A stretch of 49,494 nt of DNA, taken from IMG/VR virus record IMGVR_UViG_3300044534_000145; one strand, 5' to 3'. Source of the stretch: a virus. The stretch's first letter is position 1. Each line of letters begins with the position of its first letter. Positions 25,399 through 34,279 of the stretch are shown piece by piece. The notes beneath the pieces are model-generated. The model did no database searches. It was not told where the DNA came from and worked only from the letters and a program-made list of their open reading frames with translations. A program made the translations under genes and the position numbers.

Positions 25399-26547
25399 TT
25401 ATTTAGCTGGCTCGTTTAAGTGATAACGAGCTTCCTGTAATTTAGCCAAATCAGTTTTGCCAGTATCTTTATGACCAGTGATACCGACAACGCCGCTTTG
25501 CTTAGATAAATTTAAGATGCTGTCATAATAGGCATTGATGTAATCATCTGATTTGTCAGTAACGTCAAATGAATCATTCTCAGCCTTAATGGCAGCAACT
25601 TTAATGTCCTTGCTGGATTTACCTTTGAAATCGAATGAATCACCAACTAACGGTTTAGCTTGTTCGAGCAAAGCCAACTTTGATTCAACTAATTTATCAA
25701 TTGAATCGCCTTTAAACTTCTCGGCCTGTGCTTTAAGCTTCTTGTTCTCAGCGTCCAATGCGTCGGCTTTCGCTTGGGCACTATCAGCCGCTTTTTTGTT
25801 GTCGGCTGCTGAACCACCAGCTTTTTCGATCTGCGCTTGCAAATCCTTAACTTTGGCTTGTTCAGCTGCAAGCTGTTGTTTGAGCGATGCCAGTGAGCTG
25901 TTGGCTTTGGTAACTGTATCAGCGTCTTCAGTAGCCGTTGTGATATTGGCGCCGTCAAGCATTACTTTGGTTGTTTCCATGTGCTGTTTTCCTCCTTTGT
26001 TTTTCTGATCAGTCATCATAGCTGAATCTCCCGTAATTCGGACTGAGTGACCAGCCCGACCACGTTCAACAACTGCCACATGGTTGATCTCGATATTGCG
26101 TTGCATCGAATCATACTGCATCCCTTGGTAGTTGCCCGTTTGTGGGACTACTTCGGTCATAAAACCAATTGACAACTCCTGTTTGCCGTTTTTAATCGCA
26201 TTGATTAAGTCGGCGTCAGTGATTGTCATATCCACTCGCAAATTGTTACCGTCTGAATGCGCGTTGTCAGCTGTAAAGCCTTTGCCATACATCTTGAAAT
26301 TCTTGGCGTTAACTAACTCGTTCGGGTGGTTGTTGGTAATGGCTTTATTGTTTGCAGAATCGATTGTGGTGTCCGCAAGCAAATCTTGTGGAAGTTTGGC
26401 TTCCATCTCAATTGAACCGTCTGCCTTTTGGTACGGAAACACGCCAACCCTAGCAATTGGCACGTCAGTTACATGTAAGAATCCGGTTGTTGAATCCTCT
26501 GTTAGTTTGCCAATTGGCGCGGTATCATAGCGAGTTGCCTTACTCAT
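25399..26547 (-). CDS. Prohead protease/scaffold fusion (DUF2213-like N-domain plus coiled-coil scaffold)
   Basis: N-terminus ...VPIARVGVFPYQ...ELSIGF...INHVAVVERGRAG. C-terminal Ala/Lys/Gln-rich coiled coil. Confidence 0.6.
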   Translation of the reverse strand: MSKATRYDTAPIGKLTEDSTTGFLHVTDVPIARVGVFPYQKADGSIEMEAKLPQDLLADTTIDSANNKAITNNHPNELVNAKNFKMYGKGFTADNAHSDGNNLRVDMTITDADLINAIKNGKQELSIGFMTEVVPQTGNYQGMQYDSMQRNIEINHVAVVERGRAGHSVRITGDSAMMTDQKNKGGKQHMETTKVMLDGANITTATEDADTVTKANSSLASLKQQLAAEQAKVKDLQAQIEKAGGSAADNKKAADSAQAKADALDAENKKLKAQAEKFKGDSIDKLVESKLALLEQAKPLVGDSFDFKGKSSKDIKVAAIKAENDSFDVTDKSDDYINAYYDSILNLSKQSGVVGITGHKDTGKTDLAKLQEARYHLNEPAK

Positions 26548-26549
26548 AT

Positions 26550-26795
26550 CTATCTACCTAAAGGGATGAGTACTTGTGCGCTAGGAATGTGGATTGTCTG
26601 ACCAGTCCGAACAGCAAACGTGTGCTTATCGATATTGTTGTAGAAGCGCAACTGCTGTAAACCGATCTTATACTGGTTGGCAATACTCAGCAGCGAATCG
26701 CCTGCCTGTGCTTGATAGGTGGTCTTATCGCGTGAATAATCAAATTGAGCATGACCGTATTGGTCGAAGCCGGTTACTTGAATAGGTTCGTTCAC
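26550..26795 (-). CDS. Small LysM-domain protein inside the head module
   Basis: YQAQAGDSLLSIANQYKIGLQQLRFYNNIDKHTFAVRTGQTIHIP matches the LysM pattern. GTG start after GAAAGGAAG. Confidence 0.65.
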   Translation of the reverse strand: MNEPIQVTGFDQYGHAQFDYSRDKTTYQAQAGDSLLSIANQYKIGLQQLRFYNNIDKHTFAVRTGQTIHIPSAQVLIPLGR

Positions 26796-26805
26796 AATAA
26801 ATCTT

Positions 26806-26833
26806 CCTTTCCATCAAAAAGGGAGCCGCACTT
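26806..26833 (-). terminator. Intrinsic-terminator-like hairpin between the minor head gene and the LysM gene
   Basis: Minus strand gggaggcgcaaagtgcggctccc followed by ttttt. Confidence 0.45.
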
Positions 26834-26887
26834 TGCGCCTCCCTTCGTTATTTGCCATTTGATAACCCAGCCGACTACTGGGATGAT

Positions 26888-27703
26888 CTACATATCAAAT
26901 GTCGGCACTGCCACACATCGGCATCTAATTGGTTCGCCTGGCATTTGTCCATCATCTCCGCCGTCCGGATCATTATATTTCTGGAATGTTTGGTCTAGCG
27001 CTTGATGGGTTGGCCTTACTCGTGCGTCTTCCATTGATTGCCAGATATACCCGTAAGCACCAGCTTTCTGCTGGCGATACGTATCAAGTTGACCAAGAAT
27101 GCTACCAGTTTGATCGTTAGCAATTAATGCTGCATGGTTGTTTGCCATCTGGGTTGTTTTAGTCAGAAATTTGGCAATCTGACCAACACCACCACCGGAA
27201 TTGATACTTTCGTAAATCGTCTTCTCTATTCGGTCTACAAATTCCTGCTTCATCGACTTAATCAACGCTACGTTTTCTTTAATCTTCATTTTAGTGTAAT
27301 CGTCAATAGTCGAATTACTTTCAATTGCTTTTAGCCCAACATGGTTTGCCTGAGCTTGCACGTTGTGATAACTGAACGTATTAACCGAATTAACAAAGCT
27401 GGTTGCCAACGATGCCAGATATATATCCGATTCAGAACCGTTAATAGCAACCAGCATGATGGCAATAGCTGCGGCAATATCGTCAGCATGATCATCATCT
27501 GCCAGCATGAGCGAACCACCAGTAACCAACGGATTAATCATGCGATTAATGTGGTCGCTGGCAATTTGCTTCCAATTACTAATTAATTGGCGTAATCGCC
27601 TTGCATAGTAAGTTTCAAGTGTCCATGAGTATCGTGTTTTGGGAATGTTGTGCGTTAATTGTTTAACCTGATCTTTAGTCAGCTTGCCAGCCATCGTACT
27701 CAC
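26888..27703 (-). CDS. Minor head / head morphogenesis protein (Mu F / SPP1 gp7 family)
   Basis: WQSMEDARVRPTHQALDQT...PGEPIRCRCVAVP signature. Follows the portal gene. Confidence 0.85.
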   Translation of the reverse strand: MSTMAGKLTKDQVKQLTHNIPKTRYSWTLETYYARRLRQLISNWKQIASDHINRMINPLVTGGSLMLADDDHADDIAAAIAIMLVAINGSESDIYLASLATSFVNSVNTFSYHNVQAQANHVGLKAIESNSTIDDYTKMKIKENVALIKSMKQEFVDRIEKTIYESINSGGGVGQIAKFLTKTTQMANNHAALIANDQTGSILGQLDTYRQQKAGAYGYIWQSMEDARVRPTHQALDQTFQKYNDPDGGDDGQMPGEPIRCRCVAVPTFDM

Positions 27704-29049
27704 TTCCCACTACGAATCTTCTTCATTAGGTCTTGATACTTTTGCACATCCTGATCAGTTAGTTTAGTATCAGCTGAATCATTTGCCGATGTCTTAACAG
27801 CACCCTTCTGACCAGCCAACATCGTTTTAGCTTCATCAGGATCCATAATGCCGGAAGTGATGGCGGCACTGGCAGCTTGAACGTTGTTGAGTAATACTTT
27901 GCTGTTAGTCTCGTCGTCTGAATCCCACAACGGATTAAATTCAATATCCCAACTCAAACCGTCTGGATCTTCCGAACCATCAGCAACATCAGTCGCATAC
28001 ATCAAATAACGCACGATCTGCATAATCTGTGGTTTCAGTTCGTTCTGCTGTTGCGATTTAATTTGGTCATAATAATTGATAACGTCATATTGTGCACCAG
28101 TAATTGTCCCAGCTTCCTGACCAGTTAAAACTGATTTAGGGATGTTGGAAGCAGCCGCCAATGCTTGCCAAGCGAAGTCAATAATATCGCTTACGCCAGC
28201 TAACGGTGTGCCAATCTTAGTAATATCTTCCTGCGTGTCAATTGCCGCAACGCCTTCAGTAGTCCATGCTGACGCCATTCTGCTCATCAATTTAAGCCTT
28301 TCATTATCTGACATGTCGGCAATTTCATCTGATTTAAATATCTTTAGCGTCAACTCGTAGAATATCTTGCCAACACTGTATTGAGCACTATCAATAATCT
28401 TTAACTGATCAAAGCAGGTATTAATAATTGAGTTGCCGTAATCATCGCCCTCAATCCTGCCAAACGTCTGATGAAAGTATCGTGACTTATCAATCGTTAC
28501 TGGTTTGGGAACGGCCGGATTAGTCATCAAACCGGTTTGGGTTGGTTGATATGTGATGCTGGCTTCTTGTCCATAGTCCAAACTGGTTGGATCGTCATTT
28601 AGCTCATAGTCTTGAACATTCTGCGGCCCAAACGCATTGACAAATGCCACGTTTTTGATGTTATCCGGATTCGTCGGTGTGCTGTTATCAGTCGCGTTGA
28701 TTTCCTGCAAACCAATTGAAGCAAACCCATCGCCATATAAACGTGCATAAATGAATTCTTCAGCAAATTTGGTCGTTAAGTGTAGGTTATCAAGTGCTTT
28801 TTGATATTGAGCTTGTTTCTGTTCATCGTCTGGTATCACAATGCGCCAACCATTCCGCGTCATGTCTTCAGCCGGCTTCGCTACCAACTTACGAGCAATC
28901 CCGTTATTGTGGTACATATCTTTCAACACATCATCTGTTAATTCCATCGACATGCCGGTCGGTCTTGTCTGTCCCCACTGTGGTGCATCCGTTGCGGATG
29001 TTTTACTTTGTAAATCAAAAAAGTCGGCTACCATTTTTCGCAGTCCCAT
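27700..29049 (-). CDS. Portal protein
   Basis: 449 aa, between TerL and the Mu-F-like gene. Confidence 0.8.
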   Translation of the reverse strand: MGLRKMVADFFDLQSKTSATDAPQWGQTRPTGMSMELTDDVLKDMYHNNGIARKLVAKPAEDMTRNGWRIVIPDDEQKQAQYQKALDNLHLTTKFAEEFIYARLYGDGFASIGLQEINATDNSTPTNPDNIKNVAFVNAFGPQNVQDYELNDDPTSLDYGQEASITYQPTQTGLMTNPAVPKPVTIDKSRYFHQTFGRIEGDDYGNSIINTCFDQLKIIDSAQYSVGKIFYELTLKIFKSDEIADMSDNERLKLMSRMASAWTTEGVAAIDTQEDITKIGTPLAGVSDIIDFAWQALAAASNIPKSVLTGQEAGTITGAQYDVINYYDQIKSQQQNELKPQIMQIVRYLMYATDVADGSEDPDGLSWDIEFNPLWDSDDETNSKVLLNNVQAASAAITSGIMDPDEAKTMLAGQKGAVKTSANDSADTKLTDQDVQKYQDLMKKIRSGK

Positions 29050-29068
29050 GTATTCGCCTCCTAACTAT

Positions 29069-30508
29069 TTAGATACTGAATCTTTCTCTTAGTGATTTAT
29101 GTCGACCAATGTTATTAAGTGCCTGTGTCATACTATCAACTTCATCGTCATGCGGTGCGTTGGGAAAGTTGACCATTTCTTCAATCATGTCATCAATGTC
29201 TGGCTTCCATAGTGGATGCGGTAAATAAACGTTGCCTGCTTCCCACAACGGTGAAACGGCAGCCGCTCGTACTTCCTTGCCACCATCAGGCTCAACCGGC
29301 ACAATGCCAGTAATCCGGTTCCGTAAAGTATCAATGATTGCCGAACCGTTGGCTTTATCTTCAATTAGCTTTCGATGTGCATCAGGATAATGTCTCGTGA
29401 CTTCTTTAATCGCATCAAGTGTTTCAGTAAACGTCATTCGAGCGTGTCGCCGTGCTAACAAATAAAAGTTGGCACCACGCTTGCCCCAAACCTGACCGGC
29501 AACAAAGTCGTCATTTTCTTTACTCTTGAACGTGGCATCCCAAGACTGCACAACTGTGTCTAAATGTCGTGGAATAATAGTAACTTCTCGATCAGTTAAT
29601 CCCAATTCAACCATCTTTGCGCGGCTCGGAACGTAATAATGAATCCAATCGCGTTTAAAAATATTGCCACCTTCAAGGGATGGACGTTGTTGCCACATCG
29701 AAGCGAAGTACTGCGAGCCATTAATCTTTTTCGCCGTCTCTAAATCTTCAAGTGGATGTAGTTCCGGGCATAAAGCATCGCCGTTGTGTCTGCCAATGGC
29801 ATCAGTCCCACCTTCCGGAATATCTTCAGCAATTGCTGGTAACTTGATTTCTTCCCAGGGCAACGTATGTTGTTGGAGCAATCGTCCAGCTAAATCATCC
29901 ACTTGCCAACGTGTCATTATAACGATGACTGAGCCACCTTTTTGCAAACGGGGATAAAACGTCCGCTGCCATTCAGCCCATATCTTATCTTTGATTGTTG
30001 GGGATGCGGCTTCTTCAGCGTTCTTGATTGGATCATCAACAATCAACAAGTCAGCTGGTCGTCCTGATGCACCACCCAACATAGAAGTCGCAAAAAAGAC
30101 ACCGCGATGGTCTTTTACAGTGAACTCATTGCTGGTGTCTTTATCCATTTCAACATTTGCCAATGGTCGTGATAAATTATCAAAGTTTCGCCGGTTGGCA
30201 TTACTAAACGTTGTGTATAAATCCTGCGAATAAGCTGTAACCATAACTCGTTTTTCGGGATGTCGAATCAAATAATAACTTGGGAATGTTTGTGTGATTG
30301 TCATTGATTTACCGTGTTGCGGTGGCATTTCAACAATATAGAAGTGCTGTTCACCGTCGACAATCTTCTGTAGTTTGTCGCAAATGTACTTGGTATGTGG
30401 GTACAGCTTTGCGTCAATATCTTCATACGCCAGCTTAAAATAATCGGCGTACTTGCGGCGTGCCAGCTCCAACTTTACTTCTCGTAGTAAATCTTGCTTG
30501 GTGATCAT
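29069..30508 (-). CDS. terL: Terminase large subunit
   Basis: Walker A-like VEMPPQHGKS, LLIVDDP (Walker B) and a C-terminal nuclease region with HDDEVDS. Confidence 0.9.
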   Translation of the reverse strand: MITKQDLLREVKLELARRKYADYFKLAYEDIDAKLYPHTKYICDKLQKIVDGEQHFYIVEMPPQHGKSMTITQTFPSYYLIRHPEKRVMVTAYSQDLYTTFSNANRRNFDNLSRPLANVEMDKDTSNEFTVKDHRGVFFATSMLGGASGRPADLLIVDDPIKNAEEAASPTIKDKIWAEWQRTFYPRLQKGGSVIVIMTRWQVDDLAGRLLQQHTLPWEEIKLPAIAEDIPEGGTDAIGRHNGDALCPELHPLEDLETAKKINGSQYFASMWQQRPSLEGGNIFKRDWIHYYVPSRAKMVELGLTDREVTIIPRHLDTVVQSWDATFKSKENDDFVAGQVWGKRGANFYLLARRHARMTFTETLDAIKEVTRHYPDAHRKLIEDKANGSAIIDTLRNRITGIVPVEPDGGKEVRAAAVSPLWEAGNVYLPHPLWKPDIDDMIEEMVNFPNAPHDDEVDSMTQALNNIGRHKSLRERFSI

Positions 30509-31116
30509 GTCCCATCATCGCCAGATAAACGTTTGGCAATTTGGTCAAGTTTCTTATCGTCAATCTGTTCAAGTGGCCTTGTATTGGTATCGAGTGAGCC
30601 GGATAATTGTGTTTCCTTACGATCACGCCACTCGTTAGGCTTTCGATTCTTCAGCCAGAAAATGGCTGCGGTAGTGTCTGGCGGTACAGTACGCTCATTC
30701 TGTCCTAGTTCAATCCGCTCACGAGTTGGCACATGATCGTAAGCATATTCTTTAATCTCTTCATCGGTGGCCTCAGGATGTTTAAGCTTGTATTCATTTT
30801 TTGCTTTATTTCGACGCGCCCACAACACGTCATCGTCAAGATCAACCACTTTATACTGATGGTCAACCGTCACGTAGCCGGTAGCACGCTTAAACAACGA
30901 ATTTTCAACTTCTCGATCCACAACTTCCTTGCCCTTTTTTAAGGCGTTGGAAATGTTAGAATATTTGTTTTCCCAGTCATATAAAGTTTCACGTCGAATA
31001 CCGATATTGTGAGCTATCTGTTCATCAGTAAGGCCATCACGTGCCCAGCCTTGAATCTTTAATAATCCCTCGTCAGTTATCCATTCTTGGTATTTTCCTT
31101 TTGCCATTTTATTCAC
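30505..31116 (-). CDS. terS: Terminase small subunit
   Basis: N-terminal HTH (GLTDEQIAHNIGIRRETLYDW). 4-nt overlap with terL. Confidence 0.8.
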   Translation of the reverse strand: MNKMAKGKYQEWITDEGLLKIQGWARDGLTDEQIAHNIGIRRETLYDWENKYSNISNALKKGKEVVDREVENSLFKRATGYVTVDHQYKVVDLDDDVLWARRNKAKNEYKLKHPEATDEEIKEYAYDHVPTRERIELGQNERTVPPDTTAAIFWLKNRKPNEWRDRKETQLSGSLDTNTRPLEQIDDKKLDQIAKRLSGDDGT

Positions 31117-31157
31117 CTCATTTCTTACATAATTTTATATATTAAAAAACACCGCCG

Positions 31158-31286
31158 TTAAGCAATGCTATCGGTTTTATTTCTGAGTTTTAGCTCATTC
31201 AGTCGTCGAGCTGCTAAGCTCTTTTGCTTGCGATCTTTAATTTTGGATTTTTTATGACTCTTTGTATGCTTGTTGTGTTTGCTCAA
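31158..31286 (-). CDS. Possible 42-aa highly basic ORF upstream of terS
   Basis: TTG 8 nt after GGAGGG. MSKHNKHTKSHKKSKIKDRKQKSLAARRLNELKLRNKTDSIA. Below the ORF-track cutoff. Confidence 0.35.
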   Translation of the reverse strand: MSKHNKHTKSHKKSKIKDRKQKSLAARRLNELKLRNKTDSIA

Positions 31287-31340
31287 TCAATGATCCCTCC
31301 ACTTTTATGGTAAAATAAATTTGGGAGTGGGTTTTTACGC

Positions 31341-31529
31341 TCAAAACTTGTTCCCACTTCCTTTTCCCAGCTGCGGCTGGGTTTTTTTGTGCAAATTAAA
31401 AGCGCCCTCTTTGCGAAGACGCTTCTTTAAGTCTTTGTCCAGTTGCTTGTCAATCTTTGCTTCTTCCTTGGAAGTATAGCCATAGCTGGTTTGCTTCATG
31501 GGCGTATATGGATGTCTACAATTGCTCAT
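31341..31529 (-). CDS. Hypothetical 62-aa basic protein
   Basis: ATG 31529 overlaps the stop of the upstream micro-ORF (TGATG). Confidence 0.45.
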   Translation of the reverse strand: MSNCRHPYTPMKQTSYGYTSKEEAKIDKQLDKDLKKRLRKEGAFNLHKKTQPQLGKGSGNKF

Positions 31530-31615
31530 CAGTACCACCAGCCCCTATAACGGCCATATTCAGCAATCCCAGCCGGCGACAATATGACCAGGATTAGAAT
31601 AATTAATGTGGCCAT
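31529..31615 (-). CDS. Possible 28-aa hydrophobic peptide (MATLIILILVILSPAGIAEYGRYRGWWY)
   Basis: Near-perfect RBS AAGGAGGTG with a 5-nt spacer before the ATG. Translationally coupled to the next ORF. Confidence 0.45.
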   Translation of the reverse strand: MATLIILILVILSPAGIAEYGRYRGWWY

Positions 31616-31774
31616 ATTGCCACCTCCTTGCTTTCTATGTACAAAATAAAAGCCGGCGTTTTCCACGCACCGGTGCTTATCTCACGTAGGTTGTCGAACC
31701 CAACTGAATATGAGTAAAAGTAATCAAATGAAAAAGTACAATTCATTTTTAATGTTTTATGACGGTGAGATAAA

Positions 31775-31817
31775 GTTACCAGAGGGAGTTGAACCCTGAA
31801 TCGGCACCGGTGGCAAC
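31775..31817 (-). other. tRNA-like mini-helix (acceptor-like stem plus T-arm-like hairpin)
   Basis: Minus strand: gttgcca ... agggTTCAACTccct ... tggtaac. No D or anticodon arms. Confidence 0.25.
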
Positions 31818-31939
31818 TGGTAGTTGACTGACGGTTTATAAAATCGCATCACAATAATCGGAGACATTCATGACAAGATCAATAGAAAGGAGAAGTTTTT
31901 TAACGCAGTATTAGTCTAGAAGTACGTCAATCAACTAAC

Positions 31940-32009
31940 GTGGCTGGCAGGGAATCGAACCCTGCACGGTAAGCTGTCCGCCCTCTTCGTACGTATACGT
32001 TACAGCCAC
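31940..32009 (-). other. tRNA-like element / degenerate tRNA (perfect acceptor stem and T-arm, aberrant D and anticodon regions)
   Basis: Minus strand: GTGGCTG...(G)CAGGG-TTCGATT-CCCTG(C)-CAGCCAC. I could not fold a canonical 5-bp/7-nt anticodon arm. Confidence 0.35.
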
Positions 32010-32107
32010 ACAACATTCAGGAGAAAAAGTGAGAATTCTATCCTCGAAAACCCACAATACCATTTTATAGTCAAAACATCCCTCAAAAATCCCAAAATAG
32101 TCCCAAT

Positions 32108-32551
32108 TTAACCCACATCAGATAGATCGTAGATTTCCAAGCCCTCAGCAACGTGTTGAATGAATTTATCACGAAGTCTAAACGCCTGTGTGCGGCTCAC
32201 ATGAATCAAATCATTTGCAATTAGACCGTCCATCGTGTACTGTTGGTGGCGCTTAAAGTACAACTCAGCAATAATCATTTGCGTGTCTTCGCCAGCATCA
32301 TCCAAACAATCGTCAATGATATCCCGATGGTGTTTGAGGGTGTTAAGTATCTTGTCTTCTTTCAAACTAATGGCCGTGTAGACAACCGATTGATCGTACT
32401 TATATTGAGCTTTACCCCCGCCCACGTTTTCGTCAGTCTCTTTGTATGGATAAATGATTTGCAAGGTGCGTTCTTTTAGGTACCGATTTGTTTCCGGATA
32501 TTCTCGCAAGTACTCTTCAATGATGCGCTTGGTTCTTGTTTTCATTTCCAT
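32108..32551 (-). CDS. ArpU/RinA-like late-gene transcriptional regulator
   Basis: Family-typical N-terminus (IEEYLREYPETNRYLKERT) and C-terminus (SRTQAFRLRDKFIQHVA). Last early gene before packaging. Start at ATG 32551 or 32545 after AAGGGG. Confidence 0.7.
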   Translation of the reverse strand: MEMKTRTKRIIEEYLREYPETNRYLKERTLQIIYPYKETDENVGGGKAQYKYDQSVVYTAISLKEDKILNTLKHHRDIIDDCLDDAGEDTQMIIAELYFKRHQQYTMDGLIANDLIHVSRTQAFRLRDKFIQHVAEGLEIYDLSDVG

Positions 32552-32637
32552 AAACCCCTTTATTTTCAACCCACTAGCGTTATATAATTAACTGTCAGAT
32601 TAATTACACGCGAAGGCTTCCGGAGACGGGAGCTTTT

Positions 32638-32868
32638 TTATTTTTCCTCCAAATCCTCAATTCGCCCCATTACATAACTGATTACCATCATCAAAGTAGC
32701 AACGGCGTAAAAAATATAAAAATCTACTGATTCCAGATGCCATTTATTCACATAACCCAGCCAACATTGACTGGCATAAATGATTACCCAAACTGCTAAG
32801 CTTCTAATCAAAGCGATCGTCTGCCTCCACCAATTCCGGATTTTCGTGAATATTACCGATAATCTCAC
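32638..32868 (-). CDS. Small membrane protein (two TM helices)
   Basis: LAVWVIIYASQCWLGYV and FYIFYAVATLMMVISYV. The 5' end overlaps the upstream gene, so the true start may be internal. Confidence 0.45.
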   Translation of the reverse strand: MRLSVIFTKIRNWWRQTIALIRSLAVWVIIYASQCWLGYVNKWHLESVDFYIFYAVATLMMVISYVMGRIEDLEEK

Positions 32869-33286
32869 CTAAATTAGCGTAGGATTTGTTAAGCGGTACG
32901 GTCATGTTAAACGGAGCAATATTACTCAAACTTCCTTTTGGCTCATAATAGAAGCCAATTGCCACGTCAACGTATTCCTCAGTGTCAATTTCTGGAACAC
33001 CAAACTCACCAAATTTGACAATTGCTAAATCGTCACTATTGCCATGGAATTGAACAATGTCGCCCTCGTAGATGTCTTTGCCGTCTTTATCTTTTAAGCC
33101 GGTAAACTGCTCAACAACTAAGCCTTTTTCGTTTATAAAGTCGGAGTCAATTTTGAAAAATCCATATTCCCAAGTTCCCCAAGCCGGCTTTCCGTCTGGA
33201 AACAATACATAATCTTCCGTTACCCATTTTTTATAATTCTCATCCCACACCCGGAATTTAATTTGTCTACTCATTTGTCTACTCAT
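32804..33286 (-). CDS. YopX-family protein, paralog 1
   Basis: IKFRVWD, QFTGLKDKDGKDIYEGDIV and GNIHENPELVE are YopX hallmarks. N-terminus MSRQMSRQ arises from a 12-bp tandem duplication. Confidence 0.85.
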   Translation of the reverse strand: MSRQMSRQIKFRVWDENYKKWVTEDYVLFPDGKPAWGTWEYGFFKIDSDFINEKGLVVEQFTGLKDKDGKDIYEGDIVQFHGNSDDLAIVKFGEFGVPEIDTEEYVDVAIGFYYEPKGSLSNIAPFNMTVPLNKSYANLGEIIGNIHENPELVEADDRFD

Positions 33287-33498
33287 TTGTCTGCCTCCAC
33301 TTGATAACCGTTTAACCGCGCACGGACAATAAGTTCTTGTTCATCATAGTTCCAAGACCCTGTTAGATATAATTCAGGACTGTGGTGAGTTCCATGCATT
33401 GTTCCTGCGTCAATTAATTCATACTTATCAACCATCTCATCGCTTCCATCAAATTGTTCGGCCTTAATAGTGTCCGTTTTACGATAAGTTCCAATCAT
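33283..33498 (-). CDS. Hypothetical 71-aa protein
   Basis: Coupled to both neighbours. Ends ...VEADK* inside the conserved junction motif. Confidence 0.55.
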   Translation of the reverse strand: MIGTYRKTDTIKAEQFDGSDEMVDKYELIDAGTMHGTHHSPELYLTGSWNYDEQELIVRARLNGYQVEADK

Positions 33499-33738
33499 TT
33501 AGATTACCTCCTGATGGTAAATAACAGCTTTATTAAGCGTTCTAATGATTCTTTGATAGTGGTTAATAACCGTTGACTTTTCTTCTATGCAGTCAAATAG
33601 CTCGCGCATATCTAATCCACAATCTGTAGCTAAAGAAATCATATTTACCTCACCATATAATCCTTCATAGCTATTAATAGATTGATTAAGCACGTATCTT
33701 ATCTTTTTTAATTTGTTGTTCTTAACAAAGCTATTCAT
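33499..33738 (-). CDS. Hypothetical 79-aa protein
   Basis: ATG preceded by the GGAGGCAGACAA junction motif. Confidence 0.55.
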   Translation of the reverse strand: MNSFVKNNKLKKIRYVLNQSINSYEGLYGEVNMISLATDCGLDMRELFDCIEEKSTVINHYQRIIRTLNKAVIYHQEVI

Positions 33739-33845
33739 TTGTCTGCCTCCAGTAATTCCGGGTTCTCGCCGTTGTATACGATGATTGCACTAGGAAGCGG
33801 CGCAGGGCTACCAGCTACTCCATTCTGTTCAAACTTAAGACGACC
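33735..33845 (-). pseudogene. 3' relic of a YopX-family gene (no start codon)
   Basis: Open frame SGRLKFEQNGVAGSPAPLPSAIIVYNGENPELLEADK* has no ATG/GTG/TTG with an RBS. The NPELLE tail matches the C-termini of the YopX paralogs. Confidence 0.5.
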
Positions 33846-33871
33846 GCTTATAAAATAGAAATTTTAATTCA

Positions 33872-34063
33872 TTACTTACCAGTAATGAATACAGTACCTG
33901 ATGGGAGCTCATACTCTTCTGCAAATTCATCATCTGGTGAAACAGTAGTATCTGGGTCATAATTTGGAATTAATAGTGCACCGCCCGTTGAACGATTATA
34001 GATAGCAACTTCTGTTTCTCCATCATACTTTTGTAGTTCATGAATTAAATCCTTAATTTTCAT
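33872..34063 (-). CDS. Hypothetical 63-aa protein
   Basis: ORF with RBS GGAGAGGTG. Confidence 0.5.
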   Translation of the reverse strand: MKIKDLIHELQKYDGETEVAIYNRSTGGALLIPNYDPDTTVSPDDEFAEEYELPSGTVFITGK

Positions 34064-34093
34064 TTAAAATCACCTCTCCATAAAATGAGATCT

Positions 34094-34279
34094 TTATCCG
34101 AGTTTTCTTCCGCACTTCGGGCAAAAATTAATATATGCACCACAAGTGTCTATTACTGATACTTCTAAAGTTCTTCCTGATACCCAAACATCAGCTTCAT
34201 CACCATCGTCCATACTCATAATTGGTAATGAATCTCCATGACAATAGTTGCATTTTTGTTGTTCCTCGGTTTCATTCAT
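34094..34279 (-). CDS. Small zinc-ribbon protein
   Basis: CNYCH ... CPKCG metal-binding pairs. Junction-motif RBS. Confidence 0.55.
   Translation of the reverse strand: MNETEEQQKCNYCHGDSLPIMSMDDGDEADVWVSGRTLEVSVIDTCGAYINFCPKCGRKLG

Noticed and set aside
25553-26008. 151-aa plus-strand ORF antisense to the scaffold gene (also 25689-25958 on the minus strand).
   Set aside because: These are shadow frames of the Ala/Lys/Gln-rich coiled-coil coding region.
31940-32009. Calling this element a functional tRNA gene.
   Set aside because: The acceptor stem and T-arm are convincing. However, I could not draw a canonical D-arm (no GG in the loop) or a 5-bp/7-nt anticodon arm, and the T-stem/acceptor junction has an extra base. 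It is reported only as tRNA-like.
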